Positions 1 to 13,129 of a DNA stretch of 64,000 nucleotides are shown piece by piece; the stretch's first letter is position 1, and each line of letters starts with the position of its first letter. The stretch comes from Octopus sinensis (taxonomy: Eukaryota): NCBI RefSeq assembly GCF_006345805.1, contig NW_021831833.1:1-64000 (forward strand), written 5' to 3'. The translations under genes and the position numbers were made by a program. A model generated the notes under the pieces. The model searched no databases, had not been told where the DNA came from, and saw only the letters and a program-made list of their open reading frames with translations.

Positions 1-299
1 GCATACTACATATACACAGAATCTCTCTCACCCCTACACTCAATATATACATATGTACATACTTAAATGTGTCCAATATTCCTAGTTAGGGTGTGATAAA
101 TTACTGTTTACTATGCCTTAATAAACGCATAGTGCAGTTCGAGCCTGCACAGGTGCACGCAGGGCCGAAGTACACAAGCGCTCATAAACACAGGTTTACA
201 GAGGCTCTAGCATACGCTCATAAATACTCACGAATGAACAGACATCTGGGCATCTCAGACTAATAAACCCACATCCTTTCACATACGCGCATACACACG

Positions 300-386
300 C
301 ATATGTGTGTGTGATTGTGTTTGTGTGTTTGTGTCTGAGTATACATACATATATGCGTGTGCACATGTATAAATATATATCTGTAT

Positions 387-427
<41 letters not shown>

Positions 428-700
428 CACACACACATATATATATACATGCACACACAGACATATATCTATATACATATATATATATAATATATTTTTA
501 TACATATATAAGTATGTATATGTACACAGGAACACACCACACACTCACACGCACCTATATATATTACATACATATATATATATGTATATATATATATATT
601 ATACACAATGTACATATACATATGTACATATACATACTTATATATGTATAAAATACATATTATATATATATATATATATGGATATATATATATATATATG

Positions 701-744
<44 letters not shown>

Positions 745-880
745 ATATATATATATATATTATGTATGTATGTAGATATTATATCTATGTATATATCTAT
801 ATGTGTATAATTAATATATTTATAGATATATATATGCATACGTATAATATAAGCGCGCGCTCACATACACACATAAACAC
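300..880. repeat. Compound (TG)n/(TA)n microsatellite
   Basis: Direct reading. The overlapping ORFs (poly-YI/CV/HT) are artefacts of the repeat. Confidence 0.95.
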
Positions 881-904
881 ACTCCTATATTATGTAGATA
901 TACA

Positions 905-1075
905 GTTGCAAGCATGGTTTTGTGGTAAGAAACTTGCTTCCCAACTACACGGTTCCGGGTTCAGTCCCACTGCGCTGGCACCTTGGGTCTACCTTTATAG
1001 CCGCGGGCCGACTTAAGTCTTTTGAGTTAATATGGGAGACCGACACTCAAGGAAGCCCGACACTCAAGGAAGCCC
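905..1075 (+). mobile_element. tRNA-derived SINE head (family B here), diverged
   Basis: ggttccgggttcagtcccactgcg..ggcaccttggg, also at ~51200-51360(-), 60043-60202 and 62780-62940. Confidence 0.75.
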
Positions 1076-1346
1076 ATAATTTTGCTTTTAGTTCAATTTC
1101 TGAATATTATTATTTAATGTAAGTCCATGCACCCACCTTGTTTTTACTCATACCGCAGGTAATATTGGGTGTGACGTCTCTCTTTTTCTTCCTTTCTCTC
1201 TCCGTCTCCCTCTCCTTTCGTCATTCACGCTTTTCATTTGCCTTTCTATCTATCCCCTCTCATCTCCCTACCTCTGTTGCTGTTTCTGTCTACCCCTTTC
1301 ATTTCACTATTCTCCCTACTTCCCCCTGTTTCTCTGTACCCCTCCA

Positions 1347-1383
<37 letters not shown>

Positions 1384-1865
1384 TCCCTTCTATAACCTTC
1401 TGCTATTCTTTCTTTATATCTGCCCCCTTCTCCCTTTTATTAGCTTCCATCTCCACCTCAGCCTGTTTCTCTGCCCTTCACCACTTGTTTTCTCTCTCTC
1501 CCCTCTCCTCTCCGATCATGTGACCACCTCATTTCTCCTTTCAACTGCTTTTCTTCGCTTGACCGCTGACGTGTTCAGTCACGCTTCTTCTGGCTCTCGC
1601 TTTTCCCTTTTCCCTTTTACCTTCAACCCTGAATTCGTTTTTTTCCCTACCTTTCGTTCGATCCTTCTTTCCATCTTTTCATCTCTCCACTTTTCTTTCC
1701 AGTCCTACAGAACATTATTTTCGATTGCGTTACTTTTACGTCTCGTCCTAATGTCTCTAAGCCGTACTACCTTTATTTTCTTTGTATATTTTTGCATCAG
1801 CTACTTGTGTTGTGTTTCTTTTTGTCACCATCCTCTCCATTCCCAGCTGCTTTGAGCTGTTGACG

Positions 1866-1896
<31 letters not shown>

Positions 1897-2104
1897 GGTA
1901 AAGGCGTGAAACTGTGATGATTTTTGGACAATAACTGACAAGGAAAGAGCATAACCAGCGTAGCTCCACGTTTTTCAACTTTGGAAAATCAGAGAAATAT
2001 GAGAATCCAATTGAGTCTTTAAGAACTTTAACCGAATCCCAGTGCATTTTCAACTTCTTGTTTCTATATTTATGTGTGTGTGTGTGTGTGTCTTTGTGTC
2101 GTTG

Positions 2105-2290
2105 CTTGCCTCCACCACCGCTCGGCAACCGGTTTTAGTGTATTTACGTCCCTGAAATTTAACGGTTCGCCAAAGAGATTGATATAATAAGTACTAGGCT
2201 TCAAAATTTAAGTACTGGATTTGTTATATAAATTCCTCAGGGCAGAGCCCCAGCATGGTAGCAGTGTAATCATGGAAGAACATAAATGTC
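2105..2290 (+). mobile_element. SINE 3' module (family C here), diverged
   Basis: Similar to tgtttacgtccccgtaacttagcggttcggcaaaagagaccgat at 60860-60910 and 51060-51105(-). Confidence 0.7.
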
Positions 2291-2652
2291 AAAGCGTAAA
2301 AGATGTATATATACGTATATCTATATGGTGATAATAATTATGATAATATTAATGACAATAATAAATAGTTTCATTTGACTTACTAAATAAATTTAATAAC
2401 CAAAATAATATTTATTATAGTATTGTATGGTCTCTCATTTTGTAAATAATAATATTGAATTAGTTAGTCGACAACAGACCTTAATACTTGTTTGGTTTAT
2501 ATTAATGATTTCTATCGATTCACTAAATTCTCTCGTCCATGATATACGAATAACAATCATTATTTAAATAACTTCAAATCTGTTTACCCCTAAAAAAATA
2601 GTAAATTTGATTTCCATTACTATAGCCTTAATATATATCTATGGGGTACTTT

Positions 2653-2978
2653 GGTTATCGCTTTTACAGCCTTAAGTCTGTATTAATGTTTATTACGGAA
2701 TTGTCCCTACGATAAATTGAGTAAACAAGGAAAATTTTTATCAGGTTTCAATTCATATCTACTACGGAATTAACCTTCTGAGAAAACAATAAATGTAGAA
2801 GATTATTATTAGTTAATTTAAACAATTTTTTTTTATATCAATTAATTTAAATAAATAGAAATGTTGTACTGGAGATGTCATTGTTTAAATATTTTTTTGC
2901 TGCAGTTCTACACAGGGGAAGACTTAGATACTGAATTGTATACCTATATATGCACACATATCTTATTGTTGTATGTTG
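2653..2978. repeat. Unclassified interspersed repeat, copy 1
   Basis: Colinear with 20928-21230 (ggttatcgc.tttacagccttaagtct...tcttattgttgtatgttg). Confidence 0.85.
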
Positions 2979-3789
2979 CCGGTAAAGTAGATATTTCCTT
3001 TTACCGGTAAAGTAAAATATCCGAATGAGTTGTTTCTAGGATTTTCTTCTTTGAAACAAGGAAAGGTTCCGTTGACTTGGCAAAGCGAAGACAAATTCTC
3101 ATTCTTTCGGAGCCTGTGTTTGTCTTGTGTTAAACTGACTCTTGTGTTGAGTGCAAAATGATAGCAGGCTTTCGTTCATTTTGCAATATGCTCCATATTA
3201 AGAGGGTTTTGTTTGAAAAAATGTTCACCAAAGTTAACTTTCCATTTTCGTTTTTCCTATTTACGTTTGACGTAATGTTTGCAAGTTGCATCATTGTTGC
3301 TCTTGACAGTATTTCCACTCGATATCCTTAAATTTGTTGCTAAATTGCCAGTGCTTTCTTTTTGTTGTTGGTCTTTAGTATTTGCGATGCATTGTTTTCT
3401 CTCAGTGAAATGTCGTTTTCTAATGTATCAGTTTTCCTTTTGTCTTCGTAGAGTGAAATATTCTTAGCCAATTTTCTACGTAGTGATGTGAAGGAGAGAA
3501 AATTTGCCCCCACACGCACGCATGCACACACGCGTGCAAACGCACATACACACACACAAACACGCATGCGCAAACACACACCCAAACACACACATGCAAG
3601 CACAAACACACATACACCCAGTCACTCACCTACTCAAAAGAAACACTTTACTCTTTTCTTTTGGAAACAAAATATTAGGAAGTTACGGTATTTTGGGTAA
3701 AAAAAATTCCAATTTTAGTAAACCATGTTGCAGAGGGCGAATTATAAAGGTTGAATGTCTTCGGCGAACAACAACGACAACAACAATAA

Positions 3790-4340
3790 TAATAATAATC
3801 CTTTTTACTGGAAGCACATGGCCTCAAATTTGGGGGAGGGAATTAAGTCGATTACATCGACCTCAGTGCATAACCGGTACTTACTTAATCGACCCCAAAA
3901 GAATGAAAGTCAAAATCGACCTCGACAGAATTAATAATAATGAAGATAAAGGTTTCAAATTTTGCCAGAAGTGCAGCCATTTTAGAGGGAGGGCATAAAT
4001 CGATTACATCGACCCAAATGTTTCACTGGTACTTAATTTATTGACCTCGAGAGGATGAAAGGCACATCGATCACGGTGGAATTTGAACTCTGAACGTAAA
4101 GACAGACGAAATACCTATTTCTTTACTACCCACAAGGGGCTAAATACAGAGGGGACAAACAAGGACAGACAAACGGATTAAGTCGATTATATCGACCCCA
4201 GTGCGTACCTGGTACTTATTTAATCGACCCCCGAAAGGATGAAAGGCAAAGTCGACCTCGGCAGAATTTGAACTCAAAACGTAACGACAGACGAAATACC
4301 GCTTAGCATTTCACCCGGCTAACGTTTCTGCCAGCTCGCA
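3790..4340 (-). mobile_element. Tandem partial copies of SINE family A
   Basis: Repeated atcgacccc..gaaaggatgaaaggcaaagtcgacctcgg blocks; head ctgccagctcgc at ~4328-4339. Confidence 0.85.
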
Positions 4341-4711
4341 TTCCATCAAATCCTACCTCACATTCTCAGTATTTACACTACCACCACCATCACCACCACC
4401 ACCACCACAACAACAACAACATTCATCTTAACTCAACTATGGCCACGCTCACTGTACAACCTCCACATACCTACCACGTTCACACTGATCGAACGCCGCT
4501 GCGACCTTTTAATCCCCAACCGAAAAGCACTTCCATTACCAATCTACCACGCAACAACGTATCAACAAGGGACCCCTAAACCTGCTAGAAGGAAGATCCA
4601 AATCTCCTCTCCCTCAAATCATACCCTATATATCATTAAAGAAGGATAGACATGTTCAATAATATAGCGCTGCATGCACAACAACTAAAAAGAAAATGGA
4701 AGGGATGGTCA

Positions 4712-5025
4712 CGGCTGGAATGGTACTGATCATGACTGTTTCTTCAGGGTTAATTTGGAAAAAAAACAGCAACATCTACCACCACCACCACTACTACTAC
4801 TACTACCACCACCACCACCACCACCACCACCACCACCACCACCACCACCACCACCACCACCACTACTACTACTACTACTACTGGTACTTATTTAATCGGC
4901 TGGAATGGTACTGATCATGACTGTTTCTTCAGGGTTAATTTGGAAAAAAAACAGCAACATCTACCACCACCACCACTACTACTACTACCACCACCACCAC
5001 CACCACCACCACCACCACCACCACC

Positions 5026-5069
<44 letters not shown>

Positions 5070-5085
5070 AACTACTACTACTAAC
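4712..5085. repeat. 185-bp-period tandem duplication with (ACC)/(ACT) microsatellite
   Basis: Identical ~66-nt unique block cggctggaatggtactgatc...cagcaacatct starts at 4712 and at 4897. Confidence 0.9.
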
Positions 5086-5189
5086 AAATGCAGAAGGTCG
5101 CACAATTAAGTGGCCAGAAATAGCCGATTGTTTTGACCTCAATCATTGATTGGTATTTCTATTATCGATCCTGGAAAGACTGCGAGTTT

Positions 5190-6000
5190 GCGGGGGGGGG
5201 GGGATGCTAAATGGCATTTTTGTTTCTGTCGCTTCAAATTCCGCAGAGGTCATCTTTAGCTTTCGTCCTTTCGGATAAATGTGTCGGTAGAAATAAAGTG
5301 CTAGTCAAGTACTGGGGTCTATATAATCAACCTGCCCCTCCCCCTCAAGATTACTGTTCTTGTGCCAATATTAGAAAAATCCTGGAAGATTGAAAGACGA
5401 TATGTTTATTGTGGGAAAATCCCACAATAATAATTGTTTCTAATTTGGGCAGAGGGTAAACAACAATTTAGGGAAGGTGAGGTAAGTCGATTGCTTCATT
5501 TCTGTTACTCGACTCGGTCTTTGTTTTTCCGACACGGGGTGGGGTGGGGGAAGAAATGTGAAGTTAACCTTACTGGGATTTGAACCGAGAACGAAATGAG
5601 TCGGAAGAAATAAATACAGCGCATTTTATTCCCAACATCCTGGCGGTTCTACTCCCTCCTACTGATAACAATAATGGCTTCAAATTTTGCCACAAGGGCA
5701 GCCATTTGGGGGGAGGGGATATGCTGATTACATGAACCCCCAGTGTTCAGCTGGTATTTAATTTATCGATGCTGAAGGATGAAAGGCAAACTCGCCGCCT
5801 TATTAATGATAATAACATTCCCTTCTACTATAGGCACAAGGACTAAAAATTTTGGGGAGGGGCCAGTCGATTACATCGACACCAATACGCAACTGGTACT
5901 TACGACCCCGAAAAGATGAAAAGCGAAGCCGAACGCGCGGAATCTGAACTCAGAACGCAGCGACAGGCAAAACGCCACTAAGCATTCTGCCAGCTCACCA
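5190..6000. mobile_element. Cluster of degenerate SINE family A copies in both orientations
   Basis: Family A motifs (aaattcc.cagaggtc, gtcgattacatcgac, gaaaagatgaaaagcgaag). Confidence 0.65.
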
Positions 6001-6024
6001 CCTTATTGCTGAGACCTCCGTCGG

Positions 6025-6348
6025 TCGTGACTAACCGTGGGATTACACCTAGAAATTTACCCTCCAAGGCACAAGACCGGGCAAGGTTGTTTATGGAAGA
6101 CCAGCAGTCGCCCATGCATATCGGCTTTCCCTCTCCACGCCACTGATGTTATCCAAGGAAAAGGCAACAGCAGAAACAGCTTGGCACCTGTGACATCGCA
6201 ACTCATTTCTATAGCTGAGTGAACTGAAGCAACGTGAAATAAAGTATCTTGCTCAAGACCACAACACGCAGTCCGATCCGGGATTCGAACTAACAATCTC
6301 GCGATCGTAAGCTCGACGCTCTAACCACTGAGCCATGCGCCTTCACCA
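6025..6348 (-). mobile_element. tRNA-derived SINE (family D here)
   Basis: Minus strand has A-box tggctcagtgg and B-box gttcgaatcc; the body matches 48037-48310(+). Confidence 0.85.
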
Positions 6349-6366
6349 CCTTATTAAAGATATTAA

Positions 6367-6410
<44 letters not shown>

Positions 6411-6451
6411 ACAACAACAACAATAATAATAATAATAATATTAATAATAAT

Positions 6452-6522
<71 letters not shown>

Positions 6523-6689
6523 TCCTATTCTTATTGGCCACAAACGCCGAAAAGACTGACATAAGTCAGTCTAAAAAATATGCACATGCATATTTGCATA
6601 TGCATGTGCAAACAAATCAATGCCTATTAAAAAAATATGAATATGATGTAAATTTTCCATTAGGGGTGGGTGGGTGAGTGCCACTCAGA

Positions 6690-7930
6690 AATAACCACGG
6701 AATCCCACATATACTGAATAACCCCTATTGCTAAGGACACCACATGTTAGTGCCTCTCCCCATCTAAAGGTTCAAGCTCTAAGTAGGAATGTATTCCACG
6801 CAGCGAATATTCGCAGCAAATAAACCGTCCGAGCAGCAGAAGGACAAGAGTCCCAGTCTCATCAGATATGATGCCTTATAGGCGTTCACCCATCCACCTA
6901 ACCCCTCAGGGAGAGCATTTTTCTGAGACTATTTCTGGTGTGAGATTCGCTACCTTGCACGTCGCTTCGCTCCAGTTCTCACCTGAAGGTCCAGACCTAA
7001 TGAGACTCCGAGAAATTTAATTGGTCCGTAAGTTCATCTCTTCACGACGCTGTTAGGTGACATGGGTCTCCCTCTCAAGATACCGATTTTTCTGGTTGAT
7101 TTTTGCTTTTGTCAACGTTTCATACACCGTCAGACCAATTCCGATCCTGTCTGATATCCGACTGTTACGGTAACCTCGTTTGCATCAGTTATCACGGTTC
7201 ATTCTCATCTTAATACATGCAAAATCCCTCTCGAAACCTCTAACACCTGCCGTACAGCCTCTCGTGCCAGCATGTACGTAAGAGATGAGAAGGTGCAACC
7301 TCAACCGACCAAACTCTTAATATTAAAGAGTTCCGATAGGTAGCAATTCATTCTTATACCGAGCAGATGTCCCTTGCAACGATCCAGCCCCTTATGACTA
7401 GAATGAAACGAAACGCCACGAGGACAGCTGCCAATTACTGACGATCAACATTATCGAAAGCGCTCGATGGAAGTAAACTGATAAAGCCCAAGCCCGTGCT
7501 AGGTTGCTTACCCAGCATTTCAAAGATGTATCATGTGAGATGAAGAATTTCTAGGCTAGATCTAACTAGATGGCACATATCTATGCAATAGCAACCAATG
7601 TATCGATGGCATGCATCAGCCTCTTGGCTAACTCTTTGACTAAAACAATTCTGGATTTACTGACCGAAAATTATCAAAATTGTCGCCTTCGTTCGGATCC
7701 TTTCTCAGCAACACCTCGTTTGATAGGACTCAGAATTCTCCGTTCAGTACCTGTTGCAGTAAATATCAGCTAAAAGGCCTCCAAATAAGTTTCGAGTACG
7801 CAAAACCTTGTAAGGCAAACCATCCAACTCCGGTAAGGTCTCTTTCGTGCAATTTTTTGCTAGCTGTTATCAATCTTCCGTAGATCTTCGTATCACTAGA
7901 TAAGAGTCGTGACAGGCCGTCTTAGTTGGC
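6690..7930 (-). mobile_element. Decayed L1/Tx1-clade LINE reverse transcriptase fragment
   Basis: Manual translation across frameshifts gives remnants of GVLLRKDPN.GD..DNFR, SAFDNVD..LAAVL.AF, SV.GC.FS.L.YML and IKFLGV..G. Many stops. Confidence 0.7.
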
Positions 7931-8084
7931 AACAAAATCTATCCACCACATGCTCCAAACAGTTGAGCACAGTGCCGTGCTTAACTGTGACTCGGCGATT
8001 TGCACACCTCCCAATCCATCAAAAACCGAAGAGTGGCTTTGTTTCCACGTTGTGCCTCAGCTACTCCATCGAAAGGATTTCATT

Positions 8085-8288
8085 CTATCAGAGATGCACA
8101 TATCGCCAGCCACTAAGGGACATGGTCAACTGGTTAAGGTCAAACAACTGACAAGCAAATCTGTGGTATTGAGCAGAATATTTGCTGTAGCCCATCTTTT
8201 ATACCAAGACAAAACAATGTACATGATAATACTTCCAATCAGTTAAGATCAGAAGCCATGTGAACCACTATCTGGTACTGCATCAGGG

Positions 8289-8290
<2 letters not shown>
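8085..8290. repeat. (TAA)n-associated interspersed element fragment
   Basis: atcagagatgcacatatcg...gagcagaatatttgctgtagccc matches 53347-53443 and 53463-53620; abuts (TTA)n at 8291. Confidence 0.85.
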
Positions 8291-8352
<62 letters not shown>

Positions 8353-8363
8353 TTTATCATCAT

Positions 8364-8404
<41 letters not shown>

Positions 8405-8896
8405 GCATCTTCATCATCATTATCATCATCATTATTATTATTATTATTATTATCATTATTATTATTAGTGTTGTTTATGTTGTTATCGTTATTATTTATT
8501 GTAAAATCTTCAATAAGAAGAATCCTAAGTTTCAATTATATTCATTGCAAAACATTTAAAGCCCAATCACAATCGTTCACCTCTAACGGAAAGGCTTAAA
8601 CACATTCAGATACATCAAGCATAAACTCACTGATCACTGCATTTTCAACATTCAATTTTTCATTAATTCCGATTAATTAGACTTTCAGGTTGTCACCCCT
8701 TCTTTGCTTCACCGCTATTAAGCGTTTAGATCCTTATTCTTATTCGCATAACATGTATCCTTATTCTTATTCGCACAACATGTATAATTTTATTTAATTA
8801 AGGCTCCTTGGATCACTAGATTGAATGCGCAGCATTACTCTCACCGCTGGTTTTCATACACACTGTATCCCAGAATATTTTCTTAGTCTTTCTATA

Positions 8897-9330
8897 CATC
8901 ATCATCATCATTGTTCGACCGTGGTCGAGGCAATGGAATTTCCTATGTTACGCCAGACTTCACGGTCCATCATAGCATTACGGAGGTCCTTTTGCTGGAT
9001 ACCTGTATCCCTGGAGATTACATCAGGGTAGGCGAGTGTGCGCCCTCTGGTATCGCGAGCAGATGGCTTCCAGAGGAGAAGAGTAGAAATTACCTCGTTT
9101 TCAGCTCTACAACAATGTCCAGCAAACTGGACTCTCCTACCTTTCACAAGAGATGATACAGGTGGTAGTTTCCCATATATTTGTACTTTGGTTGGATGAC
9201 GCTTCCACGAGAGATTTTGAGCTCTCATAAAGGAGGCGAGTGTAAGTTCCATCCAACCGCCTCTCAAGCTTCTTTGATAACGTCCAGGTTTCTGAGCCAT
9301 ATACTAGAATTGGTTCGACTGTGGCTTTGA
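8897..9330 (-). mobile_element. 5'-truncated RTE/RTE-X-like LINE 3' end
   Basis: ORF 8908-9300 has RRVQFAGHCCR..E.ISTLLLW...GRTLAYPDVISRDTG...AMMDREVW, followed by a (GAT)n tail. Confidence 0.8.
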
Positions 9331-10397
9331 AGATTTATACAGCTGAATATTTTCTTGGGCCTTCCATGCAGCTGAGCGCATTATTCTAATAAAAAAGATT
9401 TTATATTGTAAGTAGATAATATATTGGTGTACAACCGCTAAAAATTAGTCTACAGTCATGTGACATAATGTTTCTGGTCTGCTGACTACATGACCATTTA
9501 TTAATTGCAAGTTGGAACCATTCTTATTTTACTGTGGTTCTAATATAATTGAATGATAAAGGATTTGCCAGAGACGCCAAACATCTAGTTACATTTTACA
9601 TTTCACCCAAAAAGGTTAGTTTTCTTTCTAAAAGTAAAATACAAATGAAAAACAGTATCGTTGTAACTGTTAATCATACATGTTGTCAGCAAATGAATAA
9701 TAATAAGCTAGTCAGGAAAAAATACTGTTTATCTAAATTGAGCCCAGTTCCTATTAGCAGAGGAAAACTGCGATAGTTTAAAGCATAGCACTTTTTAATG
9801 TCTAAAGAAGGATAATAAAATAAAAAATAAAACGAATTAAATGGCGGTTGAAAGGGGTAATCAACTACCTAATTTTTAGATTGTTTATGGGTGGGATAGT
9901 TTAGATTTAAAAAAAAAAAGAGAGAGAAAAAAATTACAAGACTAAATGTTGCTGTGTTCAGTGTCCGTCATCAGTAAAATGAGATCCATAAATCCCATAA
10001 AAGCTGCTCTATCAGCGCAGCATTGTAATTTGGAAATTAAAGGAGATAAGTGGTGGAGGGGGTAGAATAAAAAACAAGTAGAAATGAAACGTTGAGAAGG
10101 TCAATAAAGAGTTGAAACTCGTCGATTTGTGAAATTGCATGAAAAACTATCCAAAAACTGTAATAATGCAAGCAGCTCCCTCTGTCTATTGTGCATGCTG
10201 CATCTAGCTATTGCACAATTGATATTTCCATCTCATCTTATGAGAAGGTTTATTTTATTTGCATTGTTGTTTTCTTTTTATTTAATCCTCCCATCCCTAT
10301 GCCAGACCCCAACGAATACCTTTACAAATGATGACGTTGACAGAGAAAAAGAAGGGGAGGACAGTGATAGAGACAGATAAAGTTTCAGATTGTTAGA

Positions 10398-10457
<60 letters not shown>

Positions 10458-11191
10458 GAGAGAGAGAGAGAGAGAAAGTTTAATTGGGTGGGGAGAAGTA
10501 AATGAAACGAAAATAAAATAAGGAAATAAAAGAGAAAAAAGTTCTTTCGCTGATTAAACAATTCCAGCCTTTCACCCAGTTCACACTCAGCCCAACTCTT
10601 GCAACCACCCGTTCAAAGCACCTTTTGTACTTTACAAGGATTTTATCACTACCCATCACTCGGGTGCACTTGAGGGCGGCATTAAATACGCACATGATGG
10701 CACACACACAAATAAACACGCATAAACACACACACACACATATACATACACGTACACCTTTAATCAATTTTGAGAACGTGGTGTCAAGATGGGTGGATGT
10801 TGTATTTTTCTAACTGGCATTTTAGCTCTATGTTTTATAGCCCTCGGTTTATCTATTCCCGCTGGGCTGTTATTATGATAACAACAATAATAACAAAAAA
10901 CAAACAGCAGTAGAAGAAACTACAAGAAACACAACAAATATGGTTGCCTTTATTTATTTTTTTACGTTCCAATCAATTATTTATTTATTATTCCTATATA
11001 TATTTATTTAATTATATTTTTCTTTTTAGAGCGAAGATCAGCTTTTGTAGCTTGTAAATCTGAAGCATTAGTGTAAGTGAAGGTATTAATGTATGTCGCA
11101 GATAAGCCGTATTATACTCTACTGAAGTGAAGCTCCTTAACACTATTCGTGAACTAGGGTAATTCGTGGATGTGTTTTTGTGTGGGTATAT

Positions 11192-11243
<52 letters not shown>

Positions 11244-11248
11244 AAAAG

Positions 11249-11264
11249 ACTGCGCCTGCGCAGT
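11249..11264. promoter_or_regulatory. NRF1-like palindromic motif
   Basis: actgcgcctgcgcagt; the core TGCGCCTGCGCA fits the NRF-1 consensus in otherwise CpG-poor DNA. Function untested. Confidence 0.3.
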
Positions 11265-11559
11265 GGATTTGAAAAAAATTAAATTGTACAAGAAATGAGT
11301 TACATGCTGGGCATTGACCTTGTTGTTTGTATATTTAATCTAAGGCGTCCCTGTTGATGAAGACTTCGCCTCGGTAAATAATAATTTTTATTTACTAAAA
11401 TAAGTCAGAAACCATGGTCCAGGAATTAGATGGTAAATGTTTTTATTTTTCATTCCCTTCGAGAATTTATCCCTAATTAGTGGTTTGAACTTTAACTGTT
11501 CTTTCTAGCGTAATGAATTCCTATGATGGAAGCCTCTTAATGCGTTTTAATGTACACAG

Positions 11560-11600
<41 letters not shown>

Positions 11601-11604
<4 letters not shown>

Positions 11605-12005
11605 AGAAGAAAAAGAAAATGGAGATTGGGAAATTAATAATTGTTTCTTATTAACATCAGATTAATCACCTTCACTTACAGCTGTTTCAATTAATACTGA
11701 GTAAATATTATGTAAATATTCAATTTGACCTCAGCATATCTTATTTTTTATGCTTATGTTTTTTATGCTTATGGATCCATTATAGCAGTCTGGTATAATG
11801 AATCGATAAACACATATAAGACATCCAAGGGTATACTTTTATTCCTCTGAAGATATTTTGCTCAGGTTATGTAAATATAAATTGAACATTTACTTAATAT
11901 TTAATGAGTATTAATTGAAATAAGCTGTAAGTGAAGATAATTAATTTGTTGTTAAAAATAAACAATTATTAACTTCCCAACCTCCGTTTCCTTTTTCTTC
12001 TTTTA
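11601..12005. mobile_element. MITE-like foldback element
   Basis: The start taagagaagaaaaagaaaatggagattgggaaattaataattgttt is the imperfect reverse complement of the end; long arms; (TA)n context. Confidence 0.8.
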
Positions 12006-12091
12006 TAATATATACTTTTTATTTTAAGGAAATTAATTCCCTCAAATACTAGGTATTGAACCAGTATTTCCTTGGATGAAACCTATAATCG

Positions 12092-12128
<37 letters not shown>

Positions 12129-12135
12129 GTATATA

Positions 12136-12530
12136 TACGAGGGCTAATCAATAAGTATCAGGACAAAGCTAAATAACGCAGAGTAAATCCATTTGGCACA
12201 GAGTGACCTTGAACTCTTTTGTGCATGCGCAATAAGTTTTAACTTTCTAGCTCAATTTTGTTGTTTACAGCACTGCGTGGAAGGAAGGTGTGTAGCTGGT
12301 GATCGTCGCATTGACCACGACAATGTTATCACGGTGATACCTGCTCAGTGGCCTACGTAAAGTTGCAGAAAATGTATGGAGAGGTGTGTATGAGCTGCAT
12401 ACAAGTCTACGATTGGTTCAGACGTTTCGAAGATGGCCTAGAAAATGTCAATATTTACGATGGTTTTCGGAGACCCGCAATCAGCAGAACTGAGATAAAC
12501 ATGGCAGTTGTGCATGCAGCTGTGAATGCA
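12136..12530 (+). mobile_element. mariner 5' remnant (TIR plus transposase HTH)
   Basis: TIR-like tacgagggctaatcaataag; ORF 12348 KMYGEVCMSCIQVYDWFRRFEDG...RPAISRTEIN resembles the mariner N-terminus. Confidence 0.8.
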
Positions 12531-12799
12531 ACTCTGGCAGTTACACCAGTCTTAATAAAAGAACTGTTAAGTCTGTTGGTAATGGTACGTAAGTCACCTA
12601 GAACAACTGGAATTACTTTTGCAGAAACCCTCCACAGTCATCCTATTTCCCTAGCCAATTCCTGGTATTTTCCTGTTTTCGTCTGATCTTTGACCGTTAA
12701 TATTATTCGATACCTGATAGTTTCAGTCAAATTTCTACTGCATCACCTGCTACACCCCCTTGTTGCAGAGGTGCGTGCACCATTGTGTGTTCTTGCGTT

Positions 12800-12935
12800 T
12801 TCTTCTTCTTCTTCTTCTTCTTCTTCTTCTTCTTCTTCTTCTTCTTCTTCTTCTTCTTCTTCTTCTTCTTCTTCTTCTTCTTCTTCTTCTTCTTCTTCTT
12901 CTTTCTTCTCTTCTTCTTCTTCTTCTTCTTCTTCT

Positions 12936-12995
<60 letters not shown>

Positions 12996-13035
12996 ATTAT
13001 TATTACCATTATCCTTATCATTATTATTATTTTTA

Positions 13036-13123
<88 letters not shown>

Positions 13124-13125
13124 CA
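12800..13125. repeat. (CTT)n then (ATT)n microsatellite
   Basis: Direct reading. Confidence 0.95.
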
Positions 13126-13129
13126 TTTT

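Noticed and set aside
196-1016. Multiple ORFs rich in Y/I/C/V/H/T
   Set aside because: Translations of dinucleotide microsatellites; the same applies near 32-34.8 kb, 41.6-42.5 kb, 51.8-52.2 kb and 62 kb.
1238-1855. 205-aa hydrophobic ORF
   Set aside because: Derived from CT-rich low-complexity DNA; no domain motif or splice support.
3000-3500. Cys/His patch (CKHYVKRK) on the minus strand, possibly a LINE ORF1 zinc finger
   Set aside because: Too degenerate to assign by eye.
6270-6346. tRNA-like sequence with A and B boxes
   Set aside because: No convincing acceptor stem, and it continues into a multi-copy SINE body; the same holds at 54890-54965.
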